This document shows, in pieces, positions 19,243 to 28,832 of a stretch of 64,000 nt of DNA; the first letter of the stretch is position 1; every line of letters begins with the position of its first letter. Source of the stretch: a virus (taxonomy: Duplodnaviria > Caudoviricetes); the IMG/VR virus record IMGVR_UViG_2724679359_000002, positions 8,398 to 72,397 of that record. One strand, 5' to 3'. Both the position numbers and the translations under genes were made by a program. Below the pieces are notes generated by a model that saw only the letters and a list, made by a program, of their open reading frames with translations, was not told the origin of the DNA and made no database searches.

Positions 19243-20190
19243 ATGACTATTACAGACTTCCTCATTATGAACCAAAATACTGATGCGATAGTTGAAGCTA
19301 TCGAGTCACTTCGGCCTACAACCGACTATGCGAAAGATTATCTTTTTCCTGTAGCGTTAGCGTTCGGTTCAGCCTTTTTTGGGGGCTTATCTGCCGTATA
19401 TATCAACAAAATACAGGGTCTGCAAAGAATCGCCAGAGACAATCTTGTTACATCCATACAGGCCGTAGCTCTTGCTCAAGACTGTATCAGTCACTTGGTT
19501 TCTATCAAGGCCAACTATATTGACATTGATAGCGATGAACCGCTAGCAAGAGCTATGGCTTTCGCTACGATAGTTACCAAGTTTGAGGATGTAACATTCA
19601 GCACTAACGGTCTATATTTTATACGATCCATACCTACAGCAAACAAAACATGCTTCGAGTCTATCGCATGGAAAATCAAGCATCGCATCTTGAAGATGAA
19701 GGTCAAAACTCCATCCCCCGAAGAGCTGAGGAAAACATGGAGAAACAGCGTTAGAGTTGGCGCTATGTTCGGTAACTATAACGAGGCAATGGGCTTGCTT
19801 CGGTTCAGAAATGAATTGAGTGAACAAGTTAAAGAAAAGATTCCTCTTGATAGTAATGGATTAACGCTTGAAAAGTTCCAGATTATTCTTGGCCACAAAC
19901 TTTGTGGCGGATATGTGGACATAACAGAATCTTCTATCGCACTTATAGACAATCTGATAGTTGAGTTTCATCACTTCCTGTTAGAGTTTCCCGCCATTGC
20001 TGCGAGTAATATTGAGTTAAGCAGGATCAGAGAGTGGGGAGGGATTCCAACCTATGAGAATAAGCAGGAATCATATTTGAAATGCTTGGAGCCTATAATC
20101 AAACCAGATTTTTCAAAGTTTTCAACTTACACAGGAATGTCAGAACAAGATGCGAAAAAACGGTACATGTTCAAATCATGGTATGACTAA
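19243..20190 (+). CDS. Hypothetical cargo protein with one N-proximal TM helix
   Basis: 315-aa ORF; YLFPVALAFGSAFFGGLSAVYI; 34 bp after the DUF2971-like gene. Confidence 0.7.
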   Translation: MTITDFLIMNQNTDAIVEAIESLRPTTDYAKDYLFPVALAFGSAFFGGLSAVYINKIQGLQRIARDNLVTSIQAVALAQDCISHLVSIKANYIDIDSDEPLARAMAFATIVTKFEDVTFSTNGLYFIRSIPTANKTCFESIAWKIKHRILKMKVKTPSPEELRKTWRNSVRVGAMFGNYNEAMGLLRFRNELSEQVKEKIPLDSNGLTLEKFQIILGHKLCGGYVDITESSIALIDNLIVEFHHFLLEFPAIAASNIELSRIREWGGIPTYENKQESYLKCLEPIIKPDFSKFSTYTGMSEQDAKKRYMFKSWYD

Positions 20191-20315
20191 AAGTGTTAGT
20201 TATCGTGTGTAAAGGGCTACTAGATTGGATAATATGTATTAGCTCAAACATGGCCTGATAGCCGTCTATGAGCCACAACGAAAATATGTGGCTTTTTTAC
20301 ACATTTATCAGTCAG

Positions 20316-20660
20316 CTAAATTGTATCCAACATCAGTTTCTTATACCCCAACGTCTGCCAACACTCCGTGTCCCCCTGCAAACAGCAACCAGCCTTATCA
20401 CCCGGCAATGTGTCACCGCACCGCTTACAACTACCTTTCCTCAACTCATTAAGCTGCTTGTGTAGCAATTTATTGTCTTGGCGAAGCAAGCCGATCAAAT
20501 ACTCGGCCCGCTCATAAGGCCCGCGAGCAATGCGGCGCTGTTCGCAGCCCTCCAAAAGCATTGCCATTTCTGCGGTATCTATACGCAAAGTAAGCTCGGT
20601 GATGCCTAACTCTTTATCGCGCTGGCGCTGGGCGCGTTTACGTTCGCTTACTGCTGTCAT
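20316..20660 (-). CDS. Conserved phage protein, RHH-like N-terminus plus Cys-rich C-terminus
   Basis: ERKRAQRQRDK...C..CGD.LPGD..GCC..G...CWQT.G; homologue at 54718-55077. Confidence 0.75.
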   Translation of the reverse strand: MTAVSERKRAQRQRDKELGITELTLRIDTAEMAMLLEGCEQRRIARGPYERAEYLIGLLRQDNKLLHKQLNELRKGSCKRCGDTLPGDKAGCCLQGDTECWQTLGYKKLMLDTI

Positions 20661-20673
20661 AATCAGCCACCTT

Positions 20674-20994
20674 TTAAAATTTAATCCGTATAAATCGATT
20701 TGAATACCAGCGCCCCAGGCCAATAATTTCTATTTTTGAGGTGAAATGTTTATAGCTTTCCTCGTCTTCTTTAAATGTTTTTAACGCCGCAATCCGGTGA
20801 AGCAATGCGATTTCTGCAAAAACATCGACAATGCCATTCTCATGAAATTTCAGGGTTTGGTTTTTAAAGTCGCCAAAGACTAACCGGGCCGCAAGGTAGC
20901 TATTGACGAAACAAACAGCTCTAACTGCAACCATTTCAACTCTGCGGCGTTCCATTTCTTCATCAAATAAAAACTGAATATCTGCTTTGAGCAT
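20674..20994 (-). CDS. Hypothetical protein
   Basis: 106-aa ORF in the early operon downstream of A. Confidence 0.55.
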   Translation of the reverse strand: MLKADIQFLFDEEMERRRVEMVAVRAVCFVNSYLAARLVFGDFKNQTLKFHENGIVDVFAEIALLHRIAALKTFKEDEESYKHFTSKIEIIGLGRWYSNRFIRIKF

Positions 20995-21017
20995 TTCATT
21001 CTCCTAATAAGATATGG

Positions 21018-21248
21018 CTATTTTTTATATCCCTGCCCTTTTTCAGCCAGCCCACGGATTGCCGGGCGGGCCAATATGATCCTCTGGCAATCGTGAATGG
21101 CTCGGCAGAACTCGTCACGTTCACAAGGATGTTCAATCGAAAGCTGTAAATATTGATTCCATACATCGCCAAGCATTTGAGCAATTTGTTGCTCATCGGC
21201 TAACAATGTGCAAATGGTGTCGGTGTAATTAATGCGGGTGACTTTCAC
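21018..21248 (-). CDS. Hypothetical phage protein
   Basis: Overlaps A stop; LGDVWN.Y..L..EHP....EFC.AIH.CQRI. Confidence 0.6.
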   Translation of the reverse strand: MKVTRINYTDTICTLLADEQQIAQMLGDVWNQYLQLSIEHPCERDEFCRAIHDCQRIILARPAIRGLAEKGQGYKK

Positions 21249-23853
21249 GGTTTGCTCCCTCTCGTAATTTTGCCACGCGGCTCATGACGCTAAATACCCG
21301 CTGGGCGGTGGTTGGTTGGCACTGGTACAAACAATAATCCTCTCTTGCCCGCCAGTTCTGGCCGCCGATGGTCAACGTTGCGCCACAAGCCAGTGATTGC
21401 GCTTGCTGTTTGCTGATGGAAAGCCCGATTGACTCGGCAAAATCGCGGATTTTTGTTGTCACTGGTGCCAGTTGTACGGTTTTTTCTTGCCGCTGGACGG
21501 CCTTTTCGGCTGATACCTGGCGTGATAACTCCTCGGCTGGCGTCAATGGATTAGTTTTAATCGTTGCTACCGGCGCGTTTTTAATCCTGCGCAATAAGGC
21601 CCGGCGTTCTGCATCGGTGAGTGCGGTGAAATCGATTATTTTTTCTTCTAATATTCTGTCTATGGCCTCCTCCGGTTCGCGTATTTTTTGCTCTACCGGA
21701 GAGTTATTGACAGAACTCCAAGGGACGGCGGGGCCGTCCTGAAAAACATCAACCCCCACGGCAACGGCGGGTTTCGCCTTTTTACGGGCGACAATCTTCC
21801 AGCTTTTTAGACGGGTGCATATGCGCGACGCCTCGCCCAAAAGCGGGGAATAGATGCCGTAAATCTTCTCGGTGGTTTCGCCGTAGGCGTTGGGCTGCTC
21901 GTTGTCCTGATAGGCGATACGCACGGTGTATTCTTCGCGGGGGATTAAGACGCCACCCTGTTGCATGATGTAAGTAGCAAAACAACTGACATCAGCCGCC
22001 GACATAACCGCATCCATAGCCGGATCAAGTAATAGCTTTTTCCCTCGCATTGCAGCCACTTTCGCTGCAATGTCTGCGGGGTCAGTTTCTTCATCAATCA
22101 GGTGCTGTATGGCTAACTTAAATTCATCTGATTTAATCAGGTCATTGAGTAGCTTGTTATTCAGCTTGCGCAGCTCTCGCCAGACAGTCACCGGCGGGGT
22201 GCCTATTGGCTGATATTGGCGGATTCGGTGGCGTGATGCCCAGGCCATAGCAAAGCGGGCCGTCTCTTTCATCGGCTTGCCGGTTTCATTGTCTAATTCG
22301 CCATCCAGCGCGTAACCATCAATATTTTTACTGATGTATTTAGCAATATAGGCGGTGGCGCTGCCTTTCTTCGGATCCAGCCGCTTGGCGGTAAACCGGG
22401 CGCTGGTGCGCTTACCTAATTCTGCACGATCCTCTTTTACGGCATAGGTGCGTATGATCTCAGTGATGGCGTGGCATTCTTGCGGTTTCATGAATAACAG
22501 TAAGTGCCAGTGCGGCGTACTGTCATGATGCGGCTCAGCGACACGAAAACCGTAGACGCGCAGATTTTCACGGCCCAGTTTGGAAGTAATGTTGCGCCAT
22601 AACTTGGTGAGATAGGCTTGCGCTTGTGGTGGCGTGGTGTAGTTCCATTTTGGGTTAGCGTGGCCGCTTTGGTTGTTAGCGTGATTTTTGGATGGGCAAG
22701 TAATGGTATAGAACATGCCCACATCATCACGCGACTGAGCGACCAGTTCGATCCCTTTCATGCGCGCCATCAACTCATGGCGGCGAATAGTCGGATTACT
22801 GATACTGGCGTCCACCATTGCCTCTAAAGAAACGGTGTTGCCCTCATCATCAACTAATTCATGTCGCTTGAAGAATTCACGGTTGCGGCGCTTTTGCTCC
22901 ATCCAGTCGGCCAGCGCTTCTTTGCTGATGTAAGGTGCGGCACGCTTATGGATCAAGCCAGCGGCGCGCAACTGGCTTTCTCGCCAATCATTACGCAGCC
23001 GCCACAATTTACTCTCCCACCAATCCGCATTAATCAGTCGGGCAATAGCAGAATGATAAACTGCACGATCCACTGGTTCATCTGGTTGGTTGGGCTTCGG
23101 CCCCAGCTCGCGCCAGTGCGGTGGCTTGACCCGTAAAGATCGCACTTCAAGCGCAATATTGCGATAAATGGTTAATAACTCGGCATCAGATAAGGTGCGG
23201 GTTTCGTCGGTGGGTGTTGATACCTCAGTGCAAAACATTTCATTAATGCGGCCAGCAACATCATTCGCCAGCGACTTAACCCGGCGCTTGTTTAGCTCGG
23301 CAAGGTGGCTGTAAATCCCCTGAAAATAAGCCATTAACTCAGATTTGCGGCCCTTGCTCACTCCCTGATATTCGCGCACAGCATCCAGACGTAACAATGC
23401 ATTCTTGCCGGTGCCGGTTAAGAATGCATTGGTATGTTTATCGCCATGGTTTTCACGTAACCATCTAATTTTATTTTGAAAGTGTGACTTAATAAAAATA
23501 GGCTGCTGATCAATGCGGGCCTCGACACCTTGCGGTGAATCAGCCCATTGCTGTTTCTCACGCAAATAGACTTGGCGCTCAAGCTCGGCGCGTTCCCTGC
23601 GCATTTTAAGTAAGGTTTGATTAGGCTCGCGTAATTCGGTATATCCCAATGCATTCAGGCGTTTCACATAGCGAATAACCAGCGGGTGAGATTTTGGTTT
23701 TGCTACCACTGCGACCGGTGCTAAAGATTGGTAGCCACCAATGGCAGGGCGCGGGGCATTCCATGAGTGCTCCCATTCAATAGAAACATCACCGCTGCCC
23801 GGATAAGGCAGCGGTGGTACTGGGGTGATGCGGCTTCGTGAATGCTCGGTCAT
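21229..23853 (-). CDS. A: Rolling-circle replication endonuclease A
   Basis: EPHHDSTPHWH (HUH), YIAKYISKNIDG, WSSVNN. Confidence 0.94.
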   Translation of the reverse strand: MTEHSRSRITPVPPLPYPGSGDVSIEWEHSWNAPRPAIGGYQSLAPVAVVAKPKSHPLVIRYVKRLNALGYTELREPNQTLLKMRRERAELERQVYLREKQQWADSPQGVEARIDQQPIFIKSHFQNKIRWLRENHGDKHTNAFLTGTGKNALLRLDAVREYQGVSKGRKSELMAYFQGIYSHLAELNKRRVKSLANDVAGRINEMFCTEVSTPTDETRTLSDAELLTIYRNIALEVRSLRVKPPHWRELGPKPNQPDEPVDRAVYHSAIARLINADWWESKLWRLRNDWRESQLRAAGLIHKRAAPYISKEALADWMEQKRRNREFFKRHELVDDEGNTVSLEAMVDASISNPTIRRHELMARMKGIELVAQSRDDVGMFYTITCPSKNHANNQSGHANPKWNYTTPPQAQAYLTKLWRNITSKLGRENLRVYGFRVAEPHHDSTPHWHLLLFMKPQECHAITEIIRTYAVKEDRAELGKRTSARFTAKRLDPKKGSATAYIAKYISKNIDGYALDGELDNETGKPMKETARFAMAWASRHRIRQYQPIGTPPVTVWRELRKLNNKLLNDLIKSDEFKLAIQHLIDEETDPADIAAKVAAMRGKKLLLDPAMDAVMSAADVSCFATYIMQQGGVLIPREEYTVRIAYQDNEQPNAYGETTEKIYGIYSPLLGEASRICTRLKSWKIVARKKAKPAVAVGVDVFQDGPAVPWSSVNNSPVEQKIREPEEAIDRILEEKIIDFTALTDAERRALLRRIKNAPVATIKTNPLTPAEELSRQVSAEKAVQRQEKTVQLAPVTTKIRDFAESIGLSISKQQAQSLACGATLTIGGQNWRAREDYCLYQCQPTTAQRVFSVMSRVAKLREGANRESHPH

Positions 23854-25007
23854 TCAGTGACGCCAGCCAGATCAATAGCTATCCACAGGGGCGTGGCTAA
23901 ATATGCCCTAATGAATGCTTCTGTCGTCGGAGCATTAATGGCGTTTCCGTAGGCGCGCAGTCGTCCCACGCGATTGGTAATCCCATCAACCAACGGGAAT
24001 GTGCCGGATTCAGCTGGCCGCCACTTTCCATCCCTGCACAGGAGCCAGTCAGCATCTCGCCAGAAGCCATTAACCGCGCCGCCTGATGCAACGGAAGATG
24101 GTCTCGGCTCCCAATTGAATTGATCACTACTGTCGTGAGGCTTTCCTGAGTTCCTTTCTTGCCCGTGTTCCGGTTCTGATACCCCAGTCGGGCCTCTGTT
24201 GCTAACGGTGTCGGCCATCCCGCTAAAAGAACCTGCCCGTTCAATGTCATGCCGCCCTGCCTCAACGGCGGTGTCTTGCTGCCTTTCCCATTTCCCGCTG
24301 TTGGCGTTGTCCATCCCGACAAGGTAGCTGCTAGCGTTAAAGGCATTCCACCCTGCGCATAGGGCTTCGTTCGTTGGGCTGTATCGCAAGTCGGTGTCGG
24401 CCAGCCCGCTATGGCTGACGCATTCGCCAGCGTGTCCGTGAAATTCCCTTTCCGCATTTGTCTGCCCAACCCCGACACCCCCTTGTAATCTCTGGTCGTC
24501 GGTGTCGGCCACCCAGAAGAGGCGCTGCCTGATGTTCGGCGCACCGAAGCCCGCAGCGCAAAGATCGACCGCTGTTGGGGAGTAATTCGCACTTTCCAAG
24601 TCAGCTTGTACAAGGTCGAGCCATGTAAGGCCGTCTTTGCTTGCAACCTGCTCACCAAAAATTGTTGGTGGCCGGCGCTGTTGGATGAGGTGAAAGAATG
24701 CGGGCCACAGGTGCCGCTCATCATCAAACCCGCCGCCTTTGCCTGCCGCGCTGAAAGGCTGGCAAGGGCAAGAGCCTGTCCAAACTGGCTCGTCGTCAGG
24801 CCATCCAGCTTGTCGCAAGGCATATGACCAGACGCCGATTCCTGCAAAGAAATGGCACTGAGTGAATTCTCGTAAGTCGTCGGGTTTGACATCTTCAATA
24901 CTCCGCTCATCAACATAGCCGGGGGCAATATGACCGGCTTTAATAAGGTTTCTCAGCCACTGGGCTGCATAGGGATCAATCTCGTTGTAATAGGCGTTTG
25001 TGGTCAT
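23850..25007 (-). CDS. DNA cytosine-C5 methyltransferase, alpha chain (no motif IX)
   Basis: FFAGIG (I), SCPCQPFS (IV), GEQV (VI), PNIRQR (VIII), RAYGNAI (X); YNEID and SIEDV (II/III-like) precede motif I. Confidence 0.88.
   Translation of the reverse strand: MTTNAYYNEIDPYAAQWLRNLIKAGHIAPGYVDERSIEDVKPDDLREFTQCHFFAGIGVWSYALRQAGWPDDEPVWTGSCPCQPFSAAGKGGGFDDERHLWPAFFHLIQQRRPPTIFGEQVASKDGLTWLDLVQADLESANYSPTAVDLCAAGFGAPNIRQRLFWVADTDDQRLQGGVGVGQTNAEREFHGHAGECVSHSGLADTDLRYSPTNEALCAGWNAFNASSYLVGMDNANSGKWERQQDTAVEAGRHDIERAGSFSGMADTVSNRGPTGVSEPEHGQERNSGKPHDSSDQFNWEPRPSSVASGGAVNGFWRDADWLLCRDGKWRPAESGTFPLVDGITNRVGRLRAYGNAINAPTTEAFIRAYLATPLWIAIDLAGVTE
23897..24928 (-). CDS. Nested alternative-frame ORF, putative MTase beta chain (WPTP repeats, motif IX-like end); true start may be 24724
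   Basis: 343 codons open inside the MTase gene; four GW(P/T)TP repeats; [16 protein letters not shown]. Confidence 0.65.
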   Translation of the reverse strand: MPPAMLMSGVLKMSNPTTYENSLSAISLQESASGHMPCDKLDGLTTSQFGQALALASLSARQAKAAGLMMSGTCGPHSFTSSNSAGHQQFLVSRLQAKTALHGSTLYKLTWKVRITPQQRSIFALRASVRRTSGSASSGWPTPTTRDYKGVSGLGRQMRKGNFTDTLANASAIAGWPTPTCDTAQRTKPYAQGGMPLTLAATLSGWTTPTAGNGKGSKTPPLRQGGMTLNGQVLLAGWPTPLATEARLGYQNRNTGKKGTQESLTTVVINSIGSRDHLPLHQAARLMASGEMLTGSCAGMESGGQLNPAHSRWLMGLPIAWDDCAPTETPLMLRRQKHSLGHI

Positions 25008-25822
25008 ATTGCCGCCCCCAAGGTCGCAATGATTTCACCTACAGCTTTACGACCATCGGCTTTACAACTGGCAGAGCGGGGGGCGGTGATGCTGTGAATA
25101 TCGAAACTTTCGTAAAGATACCGGCCGTGTGGAGTATCGCTGTTCGATGCAATAACATGGCAACCCTGACCTGCGGTGATCGTGAGTATTTCCGACAACC
25201 AAAATTGCTCATTAGAACCAAAGCCGCTGGTGTGGTAACTGGTAAAATCTGCGGTCGTGGATGTAGGGATATAGGGCGGATCGCAATAAACCACGTCGCC
25301 CGGCATGGTCATTGTTAATGCTTCGGAAAAATCACAGCATACAAACGTGGCCTTTTGGGCTTTTTCAGCGAAATAGCGGATCTCGGTTTCGGGGAAATAA
25401 GGCGCTTTATATCTTCCGTAGGGAACGTTGAATTCGCCTTTTTGGTTATAGCGGCAAATACCGCCATGGCAATGACGGTTTAAATATAAAAACATGGCGG
25501 CGTTGAATTCGTCGCTAAATTCACGCTCATTAAAAGATTGGCGATTAAAATAATAATCAGCCTCGTTGTTATCTAATCTGAAAAGCTCTTCCGCAAGAAC
25601 AATGACGGTTTTATAATCTTTTTGTAATTGCTGATAGAAATTAATTAAATCGCCGTTAATGTCAGCAATTAAATATTCGTCATAATCAGTATTCAGCATA
25701 ATTGAGCATGACCCGGCGAACGGCTCTACCAGCCGTTTACCTGCGGGTAGATGCTGGCGCAAGATTGGCATAATACGGCCTTTGGAACCGGCCCATTTCA
25801 GCGGGGAGAAAATACGTTTCAT
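25004..25822 (-). CDS. dam: Dam-family DNA adenine methyltransferase
   Basis: LKWAGSK, VEPFAGS, YN.KGEFNVPYG, YCDPPY. Confidence 0.93.
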   Translation of the reverse strand: MKRIFSPLKWAGSKGRIMPILRQHLPAGKRLVEPFAGSCSIMLNTDYDEYLIADINGDLINFYQQLQKDYKTVIVLAEELFRLDNNEADYYFNRQSFNEREFSDEFNAAMFLYLNRHCHGGICRYNQKGEFNVPYGRYKAPYFPETEIRYFAEKAQKATFVCCDFSEALTMTMPGDVVYCDPPYIPTSTTADFTSYHTSGFGSNEQFWLSEILTITAGQGCHVIASNSDTPHGRYLYESFDIHSITAPRSASCKADGRKAVGEIIATLGAAI

Positions 25823-26457
25823 GATTTCACCCCCGCCATGGCACGGATAACACCTAGCGTTGTTTTGCAATCGGCAAGTGCGCGGTGCGGCGTTCCATCA
25901 ATAACAACGCCTTGTTGTTCGGCTGCATTACTCAGCCTTTGCCATTTAAATTTATTCCGCTTCTCATCCCGCTGGCCGTAATACTCAGCATAATTGCGCA
26001 TGGCGCATTCGGCGTTAAGCTCAAGAGAACCAAAGCCGCAGCCGTTTATTCCCGCTGTTTGCAGAATTAACCGGACATCAAAATCAACGTTGTAAATAAC
26101 TAGTATTCTGGTGTGGATGAGCGCCATGAGTTGCCAATGAATATCACGCCATGTTGGGGCGGCGGCGACCATTTCATTCGTAATACCATGAATCGCAGTT
26201 ACCTCGGCTGGGATGGGATTGTGTGGCTTAACCAACGTATTGAGCAATACCTTACCGGTGCAATCGATAATGCATATTTCTATAATCTCGGCATCTTTGC
26301 CAAGGCCCGTGGTTTCGGTATCCAGAATAAGACAGTTATCTTTTAGCCATTTTTTGGCTCGGCGCTTTGCAATTAACTTGCAACACAACTTTCCGGCCTT
26401 ATTAATGAGTCGGAAGAAAGAACAGATCAATGGAGGGAGCGAATTATTAGTATTCAA
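25819..26457 (-). CDS. DEDDh 3'-5' exonuclease
   Basis: LDTETTG, IHGIT, YN..FD, HRALADC. Confidence 0.9.
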   Translation of the reverse strand: MNTNNSLPPLICSFFRLINKAGKLCCKLIAKRRAKKWLKDNCLILDTETTGLGKDAEIIEICIIDCTGKVLLNTLVKPHNPIPAEVTAIHGITNEMVAAAPTWRDIHWQLMALIHTRILVIYNVDFDVRLILQTAGINGCGFGSLELNAECAMRNYAEYYGQRDEKRNKFKWQRLSNAAEQQGVVIDGTPHRALADCKTTLGVIRAMAGVKS

Positions 26458-27110
26458 AATGGGATACCTTCGTCAGAACCATCACGGTAACAATCTATAG
26501 AATCAATTCCATCAAATGAGAGCATGACGTAGTTGGGTATAGCGAAATCACATGGAGTCACGTGCGTAACTTCAACTACAATACTCCGCCCTGAATATCC
26601 GGCGTTTAATTCCCACTCATTTAAAATTAAACAATCTCCGACAGAATAATCACGGTCATTCAGTCGCAATTCAGCTTTTTTATATCCGATGAATACGGCG
26701 TCGAAATACTCCGGGATTATTTTTAATGCATGAAATGCTGGTACCCCCCGCATATCCAACGCTTCCCTGTAGGCTGATTCGGTTTTACTAATGGCTGAAA
26801 TAACATTAATCACAGTCTGGTGTGCGTAATTAGTGGTGCAGCCTTTGCCGTGCGTTGTTGCTTCAATCGCCGCTACTATCGAATCCAAGTAGCCTGATAC
26901 TTTCATTGCAGCACCGGAAACTATTTCCACCTGTTTTCTCAATGCATCTATAGTGACTGATTGTTTATTGATCGCGCGCTCTAGGTAGGCAAGATCAGCA
27001 AGGGCCTTATCTTTCTCCCCATGAGTAAGGCCATGCTCCGGACGTCTGTTAATAAAATTTCGTAAATATATAATTGCTGGAATGTCTGTATTTTCTTTCT
27101 GCTTTTCCAT
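26454..27110 (-). CDS. Protein with C-terminal ASCH/DUF3850 domain
   Basis: HALKIIPEYFDAV..G.KKAELRLNDRDY.VGD.LIL.EW. Confidence 0.8.
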   Translation of the reverse strand: MEKQKENTDIPAIIYLRNFINRRPEHGLTHGEKDKALADLAYLERAINKQSVTIDALRKQVEIVSGAAMKVSGYLDSIVAAIEATTHGKGCTTNYAHQTVINVISAISKTESAYREALDMRGVPAFHALKIIPEYFDAVFIGYKKAELRLNDRDYSVGDCLILNEWELNAGYSGRSIVVEVTHVTPCDFAIPNYVMLSFDGIDSIDCYRDGSDEGIPF

Positions 27111-27192
27111 ATCACATCACCTTATTTTAGATAATAGGAATCCCGGCACGATAAATGCGCCATTTTTAATAGCCCGCTAAAACGCTATTTAT

Positions 27193-27501
27193 TTACAACA
27201 AGTCTTTCGGGATTGAATTTAAATCAACCCATAAATCTAAAGCTGCTTTACGCACTGCTTTTCTTTCGTGAAATTCCAATTCCCTGAATTTTCTATCATG
27301 GCTGTCTTTCTTTATCCCAGCCGCATAATAAATAATGCCTTTTGTTTTACCCTTGCTTAATAATTCCAGACGCCGTTCAAACTCTTCATCTGGATCCTTT
27401 TTAAACAATTCCTTTATGCGGTCTAAATGCCGTAAACCTACTTTCTGATTCCACTCCTGCATTGAAAGTGGTGACTCATCCGAATTAATTTGCTCCATCA
27501 T
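27193..27501 (-). CDS. P2 B/DUF5347-like early protein
   Basis: IYYAAGI...H...F.EL...ER; resembles 57704-58030. Confidence 0.55.
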   Translation of the reverse strand: MMEQINSDESPLSMQEWNQKVGLRHLDRIKELFKKDPDEEFERRLELLSKGKTKGIIYYAAGIKKDSHDRKFRELEFHERKAVRKAALDLWVDLNSIPKDLL

Positions 27502-27545
27502 TCACCTCACGGTGTGACTTATCAGAAAAAATAAATTAAAGCCGG

Positions 27546-27806
27546 TTAGTGATGTAAAGGTTTGGGAATATCACCGCCATTACACTGAGTGACCAGTTGC
27601 TCTAATTCCTGAGCGCTATCTTGATCCCCGGATGCGTGCGCGGCACTTAACAAACCCTCCAGACCAACACTCAGACGAAAGGCATAATCATTCAGCGAAA
27701 ACATTCGCACCTCGTCGGCAACAGCGGAAGCGATGCGCATGTTTTCGGCCTTGAAGTGGTATTGCTGCAACAGGTCGTTAATTAATGTGGAATATGCTTG
27801 TTTCAT
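27546..27806 (-). CDS. Hypothetical early protein
   Basis: ORF with RBS in early operon. Confidence 0.6.
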   Translation of the reverse strand: MKQAYSTLINDLLQQYHFKAENMRIASAVADEVRMFSLNDYAFRLSVGLEGLLSAAHASGDQDSAQELEQLVTQCNGGDIPKPLHH

Positions 27807-27843
27807 TACCGCCCCTTAAATGTCCATTTATAAATAGAAACTA

Positions 27844-28125
27844 TCAGACTGCTTTTCCATCAAATTTTGTGCCGCAAAATGGACAATGCTTAATCACTAT
27901 ATAAACATCTGAATTGGTGATTCTTTGTTCATTGGTGCCGTCTTTTTTCTTGCGGTAATAACGGAAAATATAATTAAGAGAAACAGGGCAATAATCGCCA
28001 CGGCTAAAGGAAAGCATTTCGCGGTCAAAGCGTGATTCGTCAACTTTACCGATTGAATCAGCGTTCTTTTCCCGTAATGCAGAGTCCGCTTTAGCGGCGA
28101 CATCGTTAAAACAAGTACAAGCCAT
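27844..28125 (-). CDS. Small Cys-motif protein (CxC ... CPFCG)
   Basis: MACTCF ... HCPFCGTKF. Confidence 0.65.
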   Translation of the reverse strand: MACTCFNDVAAKADSALREKNADSIGKVDESRFDREMLSFSRGDYCPVSLNYIFRYYRKKKDGTNEQRITNSDVYIVIKHCPFCGTKFDGKAV

Positions 28126-28166
28126 TTAATTCACCTTAAATAAACGTGAGTGGAGCCTTGTCAAAA

Positions 28167-28319
28167 TTACTGACGTGCTTTGCGCTCTGCTGCTCTTTTG
28201 ATACTGGTGCGGCGGCGGTGATCGCGGATCACAGCGCGGGCAGACAAAACAGCAACCCAGATCAGAAACACCAGCACGGCCAATACACCGCTGGTCAATT
28301 CAATTAGTTGCCCTGGCAT
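28167..28319 (-). CDS. 50-aa single-TM protein
   Basis: Manual translation MPGQLIELTSGVLAVLVFLIWVAVLSARAVIRDHRRRTSIKRAAERKARQ; GAGGTG RBS. Confidence 0.55.
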   Translation of the reverse strand: MPGQLIELTSGVLAVLVFLIWVAVLSARAVIRDHRRRTSIKRAAERKARQ

Positions 28320-28618
28320 GTCGGCACCTCTTCATTAAACGGAGGAGGAAGCGCGCCAGATTCACGGAATTGCTGTGTTGCTGCATTTAGTTGGTGAAAA
28401 GTGGCCAATTCGTTTTCACGCAACTGCCATGCTATGGCGGTAATCATGCTCAAACCTGCCAATGTGTTGCTGGTGATGGCTTTCTTTTCACGTGCATGGA
28501 GACTTGTTCTTAATGAATAAATGCCATCTTTCCCTACTTGGCGATTGATTAGCTCGGCCATATCAGCGCTGTGCGTTTGCAGTATGGCGTTAGCTATCTG
28601 TAGGCAAGGTGATTTCAT
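28304..28618 (-). CDS. Hypothetical early protein
   Basis: Coupled to the upstream ORF (ATGA overlap). Confidence 0.6.
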   Translation of the reverse strand: MKSPCLQIANAILQTHSADMAELINRQVGKDGIYSLRTSLHAREKKAITSNTLAGLSMITAIAWQLRENELATFHQLNAATQQFRESGALPPPFNEEVPTCQGN

Positions 28619-28821
28619 GCTGCGGCTCCTGTCTCACGCTCGTCGTGTAACTGATCGATAAATCCGGTGGCGAGTGCTTGCGCGTCAAACAAGCCGAAAG
28701 ACTGCTCACCCAAGAAAACCTCATACCGATTAAGTAAGTTAATGGCCGTTCTGCGACGAAAATTAATTACAAACCCGCGATAAATTGACGTGTTACGGCT
28801 GATGGCGGTTAAGGTATGCAT
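28615..28821 (-). CDS. Hypothetical early protein (DUF4761-like)
   Basis: YRGFVI...RY.V......GLFD..A.A. Confidence 0.55.
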   Translation of the reverse strand: MHTLTAISRNTSIYRGFVINFRRRTAINLLNRYEVFLGEQSFGLFDAQALATGFIDQLHDERETGAAA

Positions 28822-28832
28822 TGTATTTTCCC

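Noticed and set aside
24206-24511. CRISPR-like array
   Set aside because: The repeats are about 12 bp, in frame within coding sequence, spaced 90-108 bp, and no cas genes are present.
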